Positions 1 through 10,011 of a stretch of 27,176 nt of DNA are shown here, piece by piece. Every line of letters starts with the position of its first letter. The stretch's first letter is position 1. The translations under genes and the position numbers were made by a program. The DNA is taken from NCBI GenBank assembly GCA_030141605.1, contig JAQGDQ010002466.1, forward strand, positions 1 through 27,176. The letters run 5' to 3'. The notes beneath the pieces are model-generated. The model was not told the origin of the DNA, did no database searches, and worked only from the letters and a program-made list of their open reading frames with translations. This stretch comes from Tubiluchus corallicola (Eukaryota; Animalia; Priapulida).

Positions 1-1
1 T

Positions 2-199
2 GATAATGGAAACAAAAAAAATATTGGCACTTATTATAAAAATTTAAAGCATCATAGCTGGATCTACTATGACTTAAATAATCTACCTTTATTAGAGGAA
101 AACTATACTAAGGGAGTTTTAAATGGAGATTACATTTGGTATGAAGATGGTATTGTTATACTAAAAGAAACTTATAAAAATGGAAAGCTTATTAAATAA
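2..199 (+). CDS. MORN2 (MORN-variant)/YwqK-like repeat protein, 3' end only (runs off window start)
   Basis: Not in ORF track. Frame 2 reads DNGNKKNIGTYYKNLKHHSWIYYDLNNLPLLEENYTKGVLNGDYIWYEDGIVILKETYKNGKLIK* (TAA 197-199), with repeated Y-x-x-G and E-x-Y-K-N-G-K units typical of MORN2 repeats. Confidence 0.8.
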   Translation, partial: DNGNKKNIGTYYKNLKHHSWIYYDLNNLPLLEENYTKGVLNGDYIWYEDGIVILKETYKNGKLIK

Positions 200-232
200 A
201 TATAACTAAATTTATACAACAGGAGATGTATT

Positions 233-1225
233 ATGAATTTTTTTACTAGATTTGTAGTTATTGGTTTTATTAGTTTATTTTTATTTTTCTACTTATATAA
301 CTATAATATTTATAAGAAAGCTTATACTGTGTCTAAACAAGAGTTCGAAATAAAACCGGGAGATACTATATATAAGACATACAATCAGTTAGGAATAAAT
401 GAAAGTATTTTTTTAAAAATCTTTTTTAGAATAAATAGTAGTGATAAAAACATAAAAGCTGGAGAGTATCAATTAGAGAAAACAAATTATACAATTAACG
501 AATTATATAATTTGTTATTTAAAGGACAAGAGTCTAACTTAAAGATTACTATTCCTGAAGGATTTTCTTTATCTCAGGTTAAAAAAAGATTAGCAAATAA
601 AGATATCATGACTCAAAATGAGTTTGATAATATCTTAAAAAATATAAAAGACTTTCCTTACCCAACTCCAAAAAATAATTTTGAAGGTTATATTTATCCA
701 GATACTTATTTTATTAGTAAATCTCAAAGTAAAAAAAGTATAGTTAAAATGTTTTTAGATGAGTTCATAAAAAACTTTCCCCCTGAAAATTACCCAGATA
801 AAGAATTATTCTATGAAAAATTAATTATGGCTTCAATAATTGAAAGAGAGGCTTTGCTCACTTCTGAGGAAACTACAATATCATCAGTTTTTTATAACAG
901 AATCGATAGAGACATGAAGTTAGAGTCAGATGCTACAGTTAATTATGTTTTTAATTATGAAAAAAAGAGAATTTTATTTAAAGATTTAAAAGTTAATTCT
1001 CCTTATAATACATATGTAAACCATGGATTGCCTCCATCTCCAATAGCTAACCCTTCTATTACAGCTATTGAAGCTGCTTTTAAGCCCATAAAAACAGATT
1101 TTTTGTTTTTTGTAGCTATAGAAGATGGGTCTGGAGCACACAAGTTTTCAAAAACATATAAAGAACATACTGAATTTATAAAAAAGGTTAGAAATAAAAA
1201 TAGGAGAAAAAAACAATATGAGTAA
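233..1225 (+). CDS. mltG: Endolytic transglycosylase MltG (YceG family)
   Basis: SD AGGAG upstream; N-terminal TM helix; motifs IKAGEY, ITIPEG, EGYIYPDTY, MASIIERE, VFYNR, LESDATV, SPYNTY, GLPPSPIANP, LFFVA. Confidence 0.95.
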   Translation: MNFFTRFVVIGFISLFLFFYLYNYNIYKKAYTVSKQEFEIKPGDTIYKTYNQLGINESIFLKIFFRINSSDKNIKAGEYQLEKTNYTINELYNLLFKGQESNLKITIPEGFSLSQVKKRLANKDIMTQNEFDNILKNIKDFPYPTPKNNFEGYIYPDTYFISKSQSKKSIVKMFLDEFIKNFPPENYPDKELFYEKLIMASIIEREALLTSEETTISSVFYNRIDRDMKLESDATVNYVFNYEKKRILFKDLKVNSPYNTYVNHGLPPSPIANPSITAIEAAFKPIKTDFLFFVAIEDGSGAHKFSKTYKEHTEFIKKVRNKNRRKKQYE

Positions 1226-2870
1226 TATAGTTTTTTTAGGAATAAATAGCAGCTTTTCTCATAGCAATCTTGCTTTATTATACTTAAAATCATATTTGGA
1301 AAAATACACTTCTAAAAAATCAACTTTAATTGAAACTACTGTAAATAGTAAATTAGATATGGTTTTTAAATCGCTATACGAAATAAAACCAAAATATATT
1401 TTTATTTCAACATATATTTGGAATATAGAGTATGTAAAAAAAATCGTCCTAAATATAAAAAAGATAATTCCATATACAAATATAGTACTTGGAGGACCTG
1501 AGGTATCTTATAATTCTATTTCGTTAATGAAAAAAATTAATGAAATAGATTTTATTATTAAAGGAGAAGGAGAAAAAACTTTAGTTGATTTTTTTTCTTC
1601 AGAAATCGAAAAAGTAAAAGGAATATATTACAGGAAAAATAATAGTATTTTTTTTAATGGCGAGCAAAGCTTAATAAAAAACTTAGATTATGTTCCTTTT
1701 CCATATGATACTAACTATTTTTTAACAAATAAAAATAAAATTTTCTATTATGAAGCTAGCAGAGGATGTCCTTATAGCTGTATATATTGTATGTCTTCTT
1801 TAGATAAAGGCATCAGATATTTTTCGCTTGAAAGGATAAAAAAAGATTTAAAGGTATTTATGGATTTTAACATTAAGTTAGTTAAATTTGTAGATAGAGC
1901 CTTTAACCTTAACAAAGAAAGGTATTTTCACATTTGGGAGTATCTTCTTAACAACTGGAATAGAAAAACTAAATTCCACTTTGAAATTAATGGCGACGTC
2001 TTAACTTTTAAAGATTTAGAGCTATTAAAAAAATTTCCTAAAAACTTTATTCAATTTGAAATAGGAGTACAAACTACCAATTCTATTACTATTTATAAAA
2101 TAAGAAGGTCAACTAATTTAGAAAAATTGAAAAAAAATGTTCAAAATATTTCTAAAAACATCCATACTCATTTAGATTTAATAGCAGGCTTGCCATATGA
2201 TAGTTATAATTTATTTATTAAAGCTTTAAACTATACTTATTTTTTAAAACCTGATATGATACAACTTGGATTTCTAAAAATCTTAAATGGGGCTCCTATA
2301 AAAAGTATTTTAGATGAATGCTCTTATAAATATAATAGTTATGCTCCTTATGAAGTTTTGTCAAACAAGAGCCTTAATTATGAGGAAATTTTAAAGTTGA
2401 AAAATATAGAAAAATTAATTAATATTTATTATAATTCTAAAAACTATGAAGTAACTTTAAAATATTTATTTAACCACTTATATAGATTACCTAGTGAATT
2501 TTACGAGGAATTAAGTAATTATTTTAGCAATTTAAATATATTAGACATTACACAGAAAAAATTAAGTTTTTATAAATATTTATATGATTTTTTTATTTAT
2601 AAAAAATTTTCTGAAATTAATATAATTGTAGAACACTTAAAGTTTGACTATATCAAAAATAATAAAAATACAGATACCCCTTCTTGGATGACAAGAAAGA
2701 AAAATAATGAAAAATATAAAAATCTTATAAAGAAATTAAATTATGTAAGTTTGAAACAGGCCATAAAAAATACTGATTTAGAAAGTTTTTCTTATGATAT
2801 TTTAAATGATACAAAAGACAAAGTTGATATTTTATTTATATATAATAAAAATATAGAATTAGCTTGTTAA
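1218..2870 (+). CDS. B12-binding-domain radical SAM protein (probable C-terminal DUF4080)
   Basis: N-terminal cobalamin-binding-like region (STYIWN, LGGPEVS, GEGE), CxxxCxxC motif EASRGCPYSCIYC, KFVDRAFN, FEIGVQ, HLDLIAGLP; overlaps mltG by 8 bp. Confidence 0.9.
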   Translation: MSNIVFLGINSSFSHSNLALLYLKSYLEKYTSKKSTLIETTVNSKLDMVFKSLYEIKPKYIFISTYIWNIEYVKKIVLNIKKIIPYTNIVLGGPEVSYNSISLMKKINEIDFIIKGEGEKTLVDFFSSEIEKVKGIYYRKNNSIFFNGEQSLIKNLDYVPFPYDTNYFLTNKNKIFYYEASRGCPYSCIYCMSSLDKGIRYFSLERIKKDLKVFMDFNIKLVKFVDRAFNLNKERYFHIWEYLLNNWNRKTKFHFEINGDVLTFKDLELLKKFPKNFIQFEIGVQTTNSITIYKIRRSTNLEKLKKNVQNISKNIHTHLDLIAGLPYDSYNLFIKALNYTYFLKPDMIQLGFLKILNGAPIKSILDECSYKYNSYAPYEVLSNKSLNYEEILKLKNIEKLINIYYNSKNYEVTLKYLFNHLYRLPSEFYEELSNYFSNLNILDITQKKLSFYKYLYDFFIYKKFSEINIIVEHLKFDYIKNNKNTDTPSWMTRKKNNEKYKNLIKKLNYVSLKQAIKNTDLESFSYDILNDTKDKVDILFIYNKNIELAC

Positions 2871-2913
2871 AATATCTTAATTAGATAAATTTAGTTACTT
2901 TAAAAATAAATTA

Positions 2914-2922
2914 TGTTATAAT
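2914..2922 (+). promoter_or_regulatory. Extended -10 promoter element upstream of tilS
   Basis: TGtTATAAT 22 bp upstream of the tilS ATG; weak -35 (TTACTT 2895-2900). Confidence 0.55.
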
Positions 2923-2944
2923 TTACAAAATTTGGTGATTTATT

Positions 2945-4279
2945 ATGAATTACACAAAAATAATTGAAAATAGCAAGTTAATAGAAGAAAACGATCACAT
3001 TATAATTGCTCTTTCTGGAGGTCCTGATTCTATATTTTTATTTCACCATTTATTATTAATGAAGGAGAAATATAATTTAACTTTGCATATAGCCCATTTA
3101 AATCATAATCTCAGAGGAGAAAATTCAAGAAATGATGCTGATTTTATTAAATCCCTAGGAGATAAGCATAATATTGAAACCTTTATTAAAACAAAAGACA
3201 TATTAGATATATCTAAAAAACTAAAAATATCAGTAGAAGAATGCGGAAGAATAGAACGCTATAAGTTTTTTGAAAATATAAAAGCAAAAACAAAAGCAGA
3301 CAAAGTTGCCTTAGCTCATAACAAAGAGGACAATATAGAAACTTTTATTTTTCGACTTATGCGAGGGACTTCTTTAAGTGGCTTAGCAAGCATTCCTAAA
3401 AAAAGAAATTTTTATATAAGACCTATATTAGATATATCTAAAGAAAAAATCCTGCTTTATTTAAAAAAATTTGACATTCCATATAAAGTAGATAAAAGTA
3501 ACTATTTAGATGAATACACAAGAAATAAAATCAGGCTAAACTTAATTCCATATATAGAAGAAAATTATAATATTAATTTTAAAAAAAATATTTTTAACAT
3601 CATTAAAGACATTAAAGAAGTCGAAACATATTTAAATTCTCAAATTAAAGAATTAATAAAAAGTGAAAATATATCCTTTAGGGAAATAAAAAATTTTCCT
3701 GCTTATATGAAAAAAAGAATACTTGCAGAATATTTAAAAAAAAATAACTTTGATTACAATAGAAATAAATTAGAAGAAATTTATAAAATACTATATAAAA
3801 ATGGTACTAAAACTATTTATTTAGATGACAAGTATATGCTTATAAAAGAATATGATTATTTTTACATTGATAAAATAAAAAAATATGAAATTGTAAAAAA
3901 TGAAGCTCTTACTTTACAAATACCCAGTGTTCATAAGTATGGTAATTATACAATAATAACAAAATATGCTACGAAAATAAATAATCGTAATAACTATTTC
4001 TATATAAAAAGCATCAAAGGTAACGACCTTGTGGTTAGAGGCCGTAAAGAAGGTGATAAAATACATATACCTGGAATGACTAAATATAAAAAAATTAAAA
4101 AGATACTTATAGACAAAAAAATACCTAGATTTCAACGTGATTTTATTCCTATTTTTCAATATGGTGATGAAATTATATATGTTTTTGATATTGCAAAGAG
4201 CGTACACCTTGAAAGTGAAGAAAGTGGCAGTCTAATAGAAGTACATGTTAAGGAGGAAAAAAGTGTCAGAAAAAGATAA
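2945..4279 (+). CDS. tilS: tRNA(Ile)-lysidine synthetase
   Basis: PP-loop ALSGGPDS, HLNHNLRG, RIERY, LAHNKEDNIET, IRPIL, D-x-SN, RNKIR, C-terminal TilS_C region (KIKKILIDKKIPRFQR); directly upstream of ftsH. Confidence 0.95.
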   Translation: MNYTKIIENSKLIEENDHIIIALSGGPDSIFLFHHLLLMKEKYNLTLHIAHLNHNLRGENSRNDADFIKSLGDKHNIETFIKTKDILDISKKLKISVEECGRIERYKFFENIKAKTKADKVALAHNKEDNIETFIFRLMRGTSLSGLASIPKKRNFYIRPILDISKEKILLYLKKFDIPYKVDKSNYLDEYTRNKIRLNLIPYIEENYNINFKKNIFNIIKDIKEVETYLNSQIKELIKSENISFREIKNFPAYMKKRILAEYLKKNNFDYNRNKLEEIYKILYKNGTKTIYLDDKYMLIKEYDYFYIDKIKKYEIVKNEALTLQIPSVHKYGNYTIITKYATKINNRNNYFYIKSIKGNDLVVRGRKEGDKIHIPGMTKYKKIKKILIDKKIPRFQRDFIPIFQYGDEIIYVFDIAKSVHLESEESGSLIEVHVKEEKSVRKR

Positions 4280-6389
4280 AAATAATATAGAAGACCTAGA
4301 TAGCAATATTAACCAGGAAGAAAGCTCTGAAGAAACAGAAGAAAAAAATATAGATATAGATGATAAAGATATGAAAATTAACGATGATTGTAGTGAAGAT
4401 AGCATAGAAAATGAAAACTCTAATGTTGAAAAAAATAATAAAGCATCTAGTAAAGAAGATCTAATAAAGAAAAGAAGAGATGAATTAAAAAAAGCTCTTC
4501 AAAATAATAGAAGTCAAAAGAACAGTTTAAATTCAAATAAGGGCCTTAGCAAAAATGCTTTTATAATAATTATTACAGTACTTGTCATGATCATAATATC
4601 TAGAAACTTACTTATTGACAATAATACCACTGAAAGTACAATCAGTTATTCAGAGTTTGTGGAAAAAATAGAAAACGGAGAAATATATACCGTTTCTGAA
4701 AAAGATGGATACATATATTCATCTTCTACTATTAAAGAAGTCCAAAATAATGGAAAGATATTAGAAACTAAAAATGAAACTAGAGCTAAGCTTATCTCTG
4801 ATAGATTAGCATATGATGAAAATTTAATCTCTATTTTAAAAGAAAAAAATGTTGAAATTATTTCTGAGAAAAATACTGAAACTTCTATCTTTATTACTAT
4901 TTTAATAAATTTATTACCATTTTTAATTATTATTGGTATTTGGGTATTTTTATTTAATAAAATGAGTAGAGATGGTGGAGGTGGTTCTCAAATATTTAAT
5001 ATGGGTAAATCTAAAGCTAAAACAGGAATTATGACCAATGTTACTTTTAAAGACGTTGCAGGTATTGATGAGGCTAAGGTTGAGCTTAAAGAGGTCGTTG
5101 ACTTCTTAAAAGAACCTCAAAAGTATAAAAAGATTGGTGCCAAGATACCTAAAGGGGTTTTACTCTTAGGATCTCCAGGTACTGGTAAGACCCTGCTTGC
5201 CAAAGCTGTAGCTGGAGAGGCCGGAGTTCCTTTCCATAGTATTTCTGGATCTGAGTTTGTTGAAATGTTTGTTGGAGTAGGTGCTTCTAGGGTAAGAGAT
5301 TTATTTAATAAAGCAAAGAAAAATTCTCCTTGTATAATTTTTATTGATGAAATTGATGCTGTTGGTAGAAAAAGAGGTAGTGGTACAGGTGGAGGAAATG
5401 ATGAAAGAGAGCAAACTTTGAATCAATTACTTGTTGAAATGGATGGTTTTGGAACTAACGAAACTATCATAATAATTGCTGCAACTAATAGACCTGATGT
5501 CTTAGACAGCGCTTTAATGAGACCTGGAAGATTTGATAGAAGAATTGTTGTTGATAGACCTGATATAAAAGGAAGAGAGTCTATATTAAAAATACATTCT
5601 AAAGGAAAAAAACTTGATAAAGATGTAAATCTACTTACTATTGCCAAAAAAACTCCTAATACTGTAGGGGCAGACCTTGCAAATATTATTAATGAAGCAG
5701 CTATACTAGCTGCTAGAGATAATAAAAAAGAAATATCAATGGTACATTTTGATGAAGCTGTTGAAAGAGTCTTTATGGGACCTGAAAGAAAGTCTAGGAT
5801 TATGCCTGAATCTGAAAAAAGAAGCACATCTTATCACGAAGTAGGGCATGCCCTTATTGCTAGACTTCTACCTGAAACAGACCCAGTTCATAAAGTAACT
5901 ATTATACCAAGAGGTATGGCTTTAGGACTTACTTGGCAATTACCTCAAGAGGATAGATATTCTATAAGTAAAAAAAGAATAGAAAACGATATAAAAATTT
6001 TATTAGGAGGGAGAGCAGCAGAAGCAATTGTATTTGAAGATGTTACAACAGGAGCTAGTAACGATATACAAAGAGCAACAGAATTAGCTTACAATATGGT
6101 TACAAAGTTTGGGATGAGTGATCAGTTTGGGCCAATTTTATTAGATTCTACTCAAGAAGGAGATATGTTTAGAAATAAAATATTTAGTGAAGCCACTGGG
6201 AAAGAAGTTGATAAAGAGGTTAGCAAAATTATAAACAATTCATATAAAGAAGTAAAGCAGATGTTAATTGATAATTATGAAAAACTTGACAATATTTCAT
6301 TAGAGTTACTTGAAAGAGAAACCCTAGAGGAAAATGAATTTGAAAAATTATTTAATGGAGAAAAACTCCAACCAATTAATGATATGTAG
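4263..6389 (+). CDS. ftsH: ATP-dependent zinc metalloprotease FtsH
   Basis: Two TM helices; Walker A GSPGTGKT; Walker B IIFIDEID; [23 protein letters not shown]; HEVGH zinc motif. Start moved to GTG 4263 because SD AGGAGG lies at 4251-4256. Confidence 0.97.
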   Translation: MSEKDKNNIEDLDSNINQEESSEETEEKNIDIDDKDMKINDDCSEDSIENENSNVEKNNKASSKEDLIKKRRDELKKALQNNRSQKNSLNSNKGLSKNAFIIIITVLVMIIISRNLLIDNNTTESTISYSEFVEKIENGEIYTVSEKDGYIYSSSTIKEVQNNGKILETKNETRAKLISDRLAYDENLISILKEKNVEIISEKNTETSIFITILINLLPFLIIIGIWVFLFNKMSRDGGGGSQIFNMGKSKAKTGIMTNVTFKDVAGIDEAKVELKEVVDFLKEPQKYKKIGAKIPKGVLLLGSPGTGKTLLAKAVAGEAGVPFHSISGSEFVEMFVGVGASRVRDLFNKAKKNSPCIIFIDEIDAVGRKRGSGTGGGNDEREQTLNQLLVEMDGFGTNETIIIIAATNRPDVLDSALMRPGRFDRRIVVDRPDIKGRESILKIHSKGKKLDKDVNLLTIAKKTPNTVGADLANIINEAAILAARDNKKEISMVHFDEAVERVFMGPERKSRIMPESEKRSTSYHEVGHALIARLLPETDPVHKVTIIPRGMALGLTWQLPQEDRYSISKKRIENDIKILLGGRAAEAIVFEDVTTGASNDIQRATELAYNMVTKFGMSDQFGPILLDSTQEGDMFRNKIFSEATGKEVDKEVSKIINNSYKEVKQMLIDNYEKLDNISLELLERETLEENEFEKLFNGEKLQPINDM

Positions 6390-6407
6390 TAATAAATTAA
6401 AATATAC

Positions 6408-6437
6408 AAAAAGAGTACTGTTGCAGTACTCTTTTTT
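6408..6437 (+). terminator. Intrinsic (probably bidirectional) terminator after ftsH
   Basis: AAAAAGAGTACTG-ttg-CAGTACTCTTTTTT, perfect stem with T-tract. Confidence 0.9.
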
Positions 6438-7047
6438 ACTTTGCATTAATTATAGACTCTATTTTTATAATGTTATCTTTATAAAAAAGCATTAGTAAAG
6501 ATTAAAATATTTAAAATTCCACTGTACAATTTATAAAATTGTTAAAATTTTATAAAACCATCTTTGTTTCTTTTTTCCATATTTAAATATACAATTTTAA
6601 CTTGAATCCTATATCACATTTTACTTGGCCTAAGTAAATCTATAATATTTTTCATACTCTTTCATATCTGATTTAGAGACTTCTATTATATAACCATACT
6701 GTTGTATACTACATCCTTAACCATAGTTACTTTATTGTCTTTTAATACTCTAATTCTTCTTTTTTTATTTTCTGACTTCTACTATTACCTCTACTTTATT
6801 TCACTGCTAACATATACACTATATTTCCTGTTTCAATATCACTCTATTGTTCCTCTAGATAAACAACTTATAATTTTTTTGCATCTAATTAATTATACCT
6901 AGCTTTAAACAGTAGTATTTTTAACAATAATAAACTTGAGCAGGTGGATTGATATTTATTGAACTTTGCTTCTTTCCTGTATTTTTTAGTAACGTAGCTA
7001 CAAATCTATAATCTTTTACATACTTAACTCCTATTCTTCAACACATA

Positions 7048-8265
7048 TCTGTTAACTTAAGTTTATGTGAATCACTCCTAAATGCTTTAGCGTATAATGT
7101 TGTCACTAAACATCATTACCTCCAACCAAAAGGAGTAATTTTTACTATGATTAATATCTGTTGTCCTGTATTTTTTAGTAAAGATTTGTACGATTTGGCT
7201 TTGAGCCTAAATACCGTTTACAAAAGTATCTATGCAAAAATTGTAAAAGACTATTTACTAAAAGATCTTTTAAGAAAAAACAAACTAAATATCCTAAATG
7301 CCCTATTTGTTGTAAAGGGACTTATCTTCACCATGATTATACTTACTATTCTAACTTTACTTGCAATGATAAAGCTTGCAGTCATTCTATAAAGCTTATT
7401 AAAGATTCTACTATGAAGAATAGTTCTTCTGAATTTATCAAATCTGCTGGTAGATCTTTTAAAAAAATGAGAACTAATGCTAAGATCATTATTGATGCTC
7501 TATACATGTACTTTGTCAATAGTTCTTATACTAGAGCTATTTCTAACTTTTTTAAAGATTGATATGATTTTTACATTTCTCATGTTTCAATACACAAATG
7601 GATTAATAAATTCTATTATGCCTTTAAGTATATTTCTAAATCACTTATACCTGGTTCTTTAAATCAATTTGATGAGCGGCATGCTGATGAAACTGTTATT
7701 AATATCCGTGGTAATAGATTTTATATTTGGACTCTTATTGACTCTGAAACTAGATATCTTATTGATTACCACCTTACTGAATCTAGAAAAGCTAGTGAAA
7801 CTCTTGCATTATTTTATTATACCAGCTAAAACTATTTTTAATAAATCAAAACATATTAAAGTTCAAAAGTTTTTTGATGATATTAATAATAATTTAATTG
7901 AATCTTTTTTTAGTAAATTTAAAGCTCATTATAAAGCTAAAAGAGATCTAAGTCATTTGAGACTCCACCAATAAAACTTTTAACTTTATTTTTCTTCTTT
8001 TACAACTATATTAGACCTCATGGTAGCCTTGGTAACTTATACTCCTTCCAGAATATCCAGTGTTAAATATTCTGAAATTTCTATAAAAAATTTATTACTT
8101 TTCTAATTCTTTGCTTTATTTCTTGACTTAACCACAGTTTCTATGGTATTTTGTTTTTTTTATTAATTTTGGTAATTCGTTTTTTACGACATTATTTTAC
8201 TTTTTAGGAATTTACTTTTCACATTTTCCTTACTTTTTTTATGTTTTTCATTTTAAGTTAACAGA
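7048..8265 (+). mobile_element. Decayed IS6-family insertion sequence
   Basis: 13-bp perfect inverted repeats TCTGTTAACTTAA (7048-7060) and TTAAGTTAACAGA (8253-8265), with the CTGTT core seen in IS6-family ends, enclosing a transposase pseudogene. Confidence 0.85.
7147..8106 (+). pseudogene. IS6-family DDE transposase pseudogene (long type with N-terminal Cys-rich zinc ribbons)
   Basis: SD AGGAG then ATG 7147. Stitched frames read MINICCP../FGFEPKYRLQKYLCKNCKR..YPKCPICCKGTYLHHDY..SHVSIHKW..RHADETVINIRGNRFYIWTLIDSETR../..NNNLIESFFSKFKAHYK../..FFYNYIRPHGSL../..NLLLF*. Frameshift near 7191, in-frame TGA 7560-7562, internal deletion near 7815, further shifts after about 7945. Confidence 0.88.
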
Positions 8266-8485
8266 CTCAAAAACACTACTTATTTCAAGTATCCTGCTCT
8301 TTTATCATATAAATATCTAAAATTCTATTTGAATAACTACTTTTAGTAAAATTATTATTACAGGATCTAGGGATTTAGAGATATACTTGTTTTAGAATAA
8401 AAAAAAGGAGCTAAATTTTTAGAATCCTTCTTTTCGTTTTCTACTATTAAAAATATATTGATTAATAAGACATACTACTGTATTT

Positions 8486-9358
8486 TTATTTAATTAAACC
8501 CTTTTCCTTCAACATTTTAGTAGCAATTTCTTTTACTTCTGCACCTTCATCAACCATTAAGTTATATTTTTGTAGTTCACTCTCTGTCCATTTATCTTCA
8601 AGATCACTTATAGCAGCTATAATTTCTGGATTACTTTCTGCAAAATCATTATGTACCACTGGAGTTATATAATAGGGTGGGAAAAAACCTTTATCATCAT
8701 CAAGATTAACAAATCCAAATTTTGCAATTCTACCATCTGTTGAAAAAGATGAGTTCACATCAATATCTCCTTTATCTAAAGCAATATAAGTTAGACCTTG
8801 ATCCATATCTTTTTCTGATTTAAAAGTAATATCATATGCTTCTTTTAGACCTAATAATCCATCACTTCTATTTAAAAATTCAGAATTACTTCCTAGTATA
8901 AGGTCATTTGATATTTTTGCAAGATCTGATATATTTACAATATTATGTTTCTTTGCAAGTTCTGGCTTTATTGAGAGAACATAGGTATTATTCCAACCTA
9001 GTGGCTTAAGCCACATAATCTTATCTTCCTCCATAGCAATTTTTTTTACATAATTATAGGTTTTTTCTGGAGATAGCACTTTTGTTTCACCATATATTGC
9101 TCCATAAGCAGTTCCTGTATACTCACAATATATATCAATATTTTTATTTTTTAATGCATTATGATTTAACATAGTTCCTGCTAGTTCATTCATTTTCGTT
9201 TTATACCCTTTGGATTCAAGGTAAACAGACAAAATGTTACCAGTAATTCTTTGTTCTGTAAAATTTTTATGCCCTATTCTTATTGTTTTAGAATCTTTTG
9301 AACAACTTAAAAATAAAAATGCTAAAACAATTATTATAGATATTGGTGCTTTTTTCAT
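8486..9358 (-). CDS. opuCC: Glycine betaine/choline/carnitine ABC transporter substrate-binding lipoprotein (OpuCC/OsmX-like)
   Basis: Lipobox FLSC; motifs IGHKNFTEQ, IDIYCEYTGT, WLKPLGWNNTY, EFLNRSDG, STDGRI, DDKGFFPPY. Start set at ATG 9358 after SD GGGGTGG. Symbol assigned by family; substrate unknown. Confidence 0.9.
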   Translation of the reverse strand: MKKAPISIIIVLAFLFLSCSKDSKTIRIGHKNFTEQRITGNILSVYLESKGYKTKMNELAGTMLNHNALKNKNIDIYCEYTGTAYGAIYGETKVLSPEKTYNYVKKIAMEEDKIMWLKPLGWNNTYVLSIKPELAKKHNIVNISDLAKISNDLILGSNSEFLNRSDGLLGLKEAYDITFKSEKDMDQGLTYIALDKGDIDVNSSFSTDGRIAKFGFVNLDDDKGFFPPYYITPVVHNDFAESNPEIIAAISDLEDKWTESELQKYNLMVDEGAEVKEIATKMLKEKGLIK

Positions 9359-9377
9359 AACAACCACCCCTTTTTAT

Positions 9378-10010
9378 TTATTTTCTGCTTATCCCTTTTG
9401 AAGTTAAAGCCTTTTCACAAAATCCTAATAATAAGTCTGCAATTAATGCTAAAATAGCAGAAAAAATAGCCCCTACTAATATCATTTCTTGGTTATACAT
9501 TCCTAAGCCTCTATAAATTAAATCTCCTAGACCTCCAGCAGCAATTAAGGTAGCAATTGTAGCAATTCCAATAGAGGTTACAGTTGCTATCCGTACTCCT
9601 CCCATAATAACTGAAATGGCAAGAGGTATCTCAATATTAAACATTATTTCAAATTTTGACATTCCAATGCCCTTAGCAGCTTTTATTATAATAGGGTCAA
9701 CATTTTTTATTCCTATTAATGTGTTCTTTATAATAGGTAAAAGTGCATATAAAAATAAAGTAAATATCGCTGGTTTTCTTCCTATTCCAAATAGTGGCAT
9801 TGCAAAGGCAAATAATGCAAGTGATGGTATTGTTTGAATTATATTTGCTACATTAACAACGACATTTGAAACTTTCTTATTATTTACAACAAGAAATCCA
9901 ATTGGAATTCCAACAGCACAAGCAAGAGAAACAGCAAAAATAGATAGATACAGGTGTTCAAGTACTTTTTCAAAAATAAATTCCCAATTATTTAATATAT
10001 ATTTAAACAT
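9378..10010 (-). CDS. opuCB: Osmoprotectant ABC transporter permease (OpuCB/ProW-like)
   Basis: Multi-TM protein with QTIPSLAL, YALLPIIKNT, EAA-loop-like AAKGIGMS, AGGLGDLI. Start set at ATG 10010, next to the ATPase stop codon. Confidence 0.92.
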   Translation of the reverse strand: MFKYILNNWEFIFEKVLEHLYLSIFAVSLACAVGIPIGFLVVNNKKVSNVVVNVANIIQTIPSLALFAFAMPLFGIGRKPAIFTLFLYALLPIIKNTLIGIKNVDPIIIKAAKGIGMSKFEIMFNIEIPLAISVIMGGVRIATVTSIGIATIATLIAAGGLGDLIYRGLGMYNQEMILVGAIFSAILALIADLLLGFCEKALTSKGISRK

Positions 10011-10011
10011 A

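Noticed and set aside
4245-4279. Absence of hpt between tilS and ftsH
   Set aside because: tilS-hpt-ftsH is the Firmicutes arrangement; direct tilS-ftsH adjacency is common in other phyla.
6702-6902. 66-aa hydrophobic plus-strand ORF
   Set aside because: No SD; hydrophobic only because it is antisense to purine-rich decayed sequence.
7147-7974. ORFs 7147..7392, 7477..7662 and 7669..7974 as small membrane proteins
   Set aside because: Mostly off-frame readings of the IS6 transposase pseudogene; the hydrophobicity comes from T-rich codons.
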